A DNA stretch of 63,986 bases, counting the filler, from Octopus bimaculoides (Eukaryota): NCBI RefSeq assembly GCF_001194135.2. It is 5 parts of 2 records of this genome, joined end to end, with 100 filler letters (N's around TTAATTAATTAA, not from the genome) between each part and the next. Parts side by side here need not be neighbours in the genome. Positions count along the whole stretch, not along the records: positions 62,942 to 63,986 come from NC_068986.1; 4 more parts are not named here. The stretch is one strand, 5' to 3'. The notes under the pieces were generated by a model. The model was given only the letters and a program-made list of their open reading frames with translations. It ran no database searches and was not told the origin of the DNA. The first letter of the stretch is position 1, and every line of letters begins with the position of its first letter. The position numbers and the translations under genes are program-made. This document shows, in pieces, positions 63,619 through 63,986 of the stretch.

Positions 63619-63685
<67 letters not shown>

Positions 63686-63986
63686 TGATATGATTTGATT
63701 TTCACTCACACAGATAATTATACAAATACAAACACAGATAAAAAAAATAAGGCGTACACGCATACACAGACATGCTCACTGGAAAACACCTAAGATACGC
63801 TGACCCATACACACACATACTTGCACACATACAGACGCTTGCAGATGTTTCTTAAAGCTGTCTGTAATACTAGTTGTTATTAAATTATTGTTCTTTAGTG
63901 TGTGTATGTGTGTGTGAATGTGTGCGTGTATGTGCGCGCGTGTGTGTATTCAAATATATATTCGAATATATATATATATATATATA

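Overview
AT-rich, repeat-dense eukaryotic DNA with many N gaps. The SINE and LINE-tail families look like those of octopus (coleoid cephalopod); this is an inference from sequence familiarity. Only one host exon is well supported: a symmetric phase 1-1 calcium-binding EGF exon on the minus strand (16677-16799), so much of the window is probably intron. The rest is layered, decayed mobile DNA. Retroelements: RTE LINEs (one carrying a PHD-type finger after the RT), R4/Dong-like and Hero/R2-like fragments, three Penelope-like elements, a Gypsy remnant and many tRNA/CORE-type SINE copies. DNA elements: a hAT transposase pseudogene, a DD36E Tc1 element, a mariner fragment, MITE-like palindromes and tandem Helitrons. 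The most unusual structure is a head-to-tail array of RT-less elements (7495-11323) nested inside a Helitron. Each element has a gag/ORF1-like CCHC protein plus a conserved orphan ORF of about 90-110 aa. Several minimal hammerhead ribozyme motifs are also visible. No CRISPR, rRNA or true tRNA genes are supported. All family assignments come from manual motif reading, not database searches, and most element boundaries are approximate.
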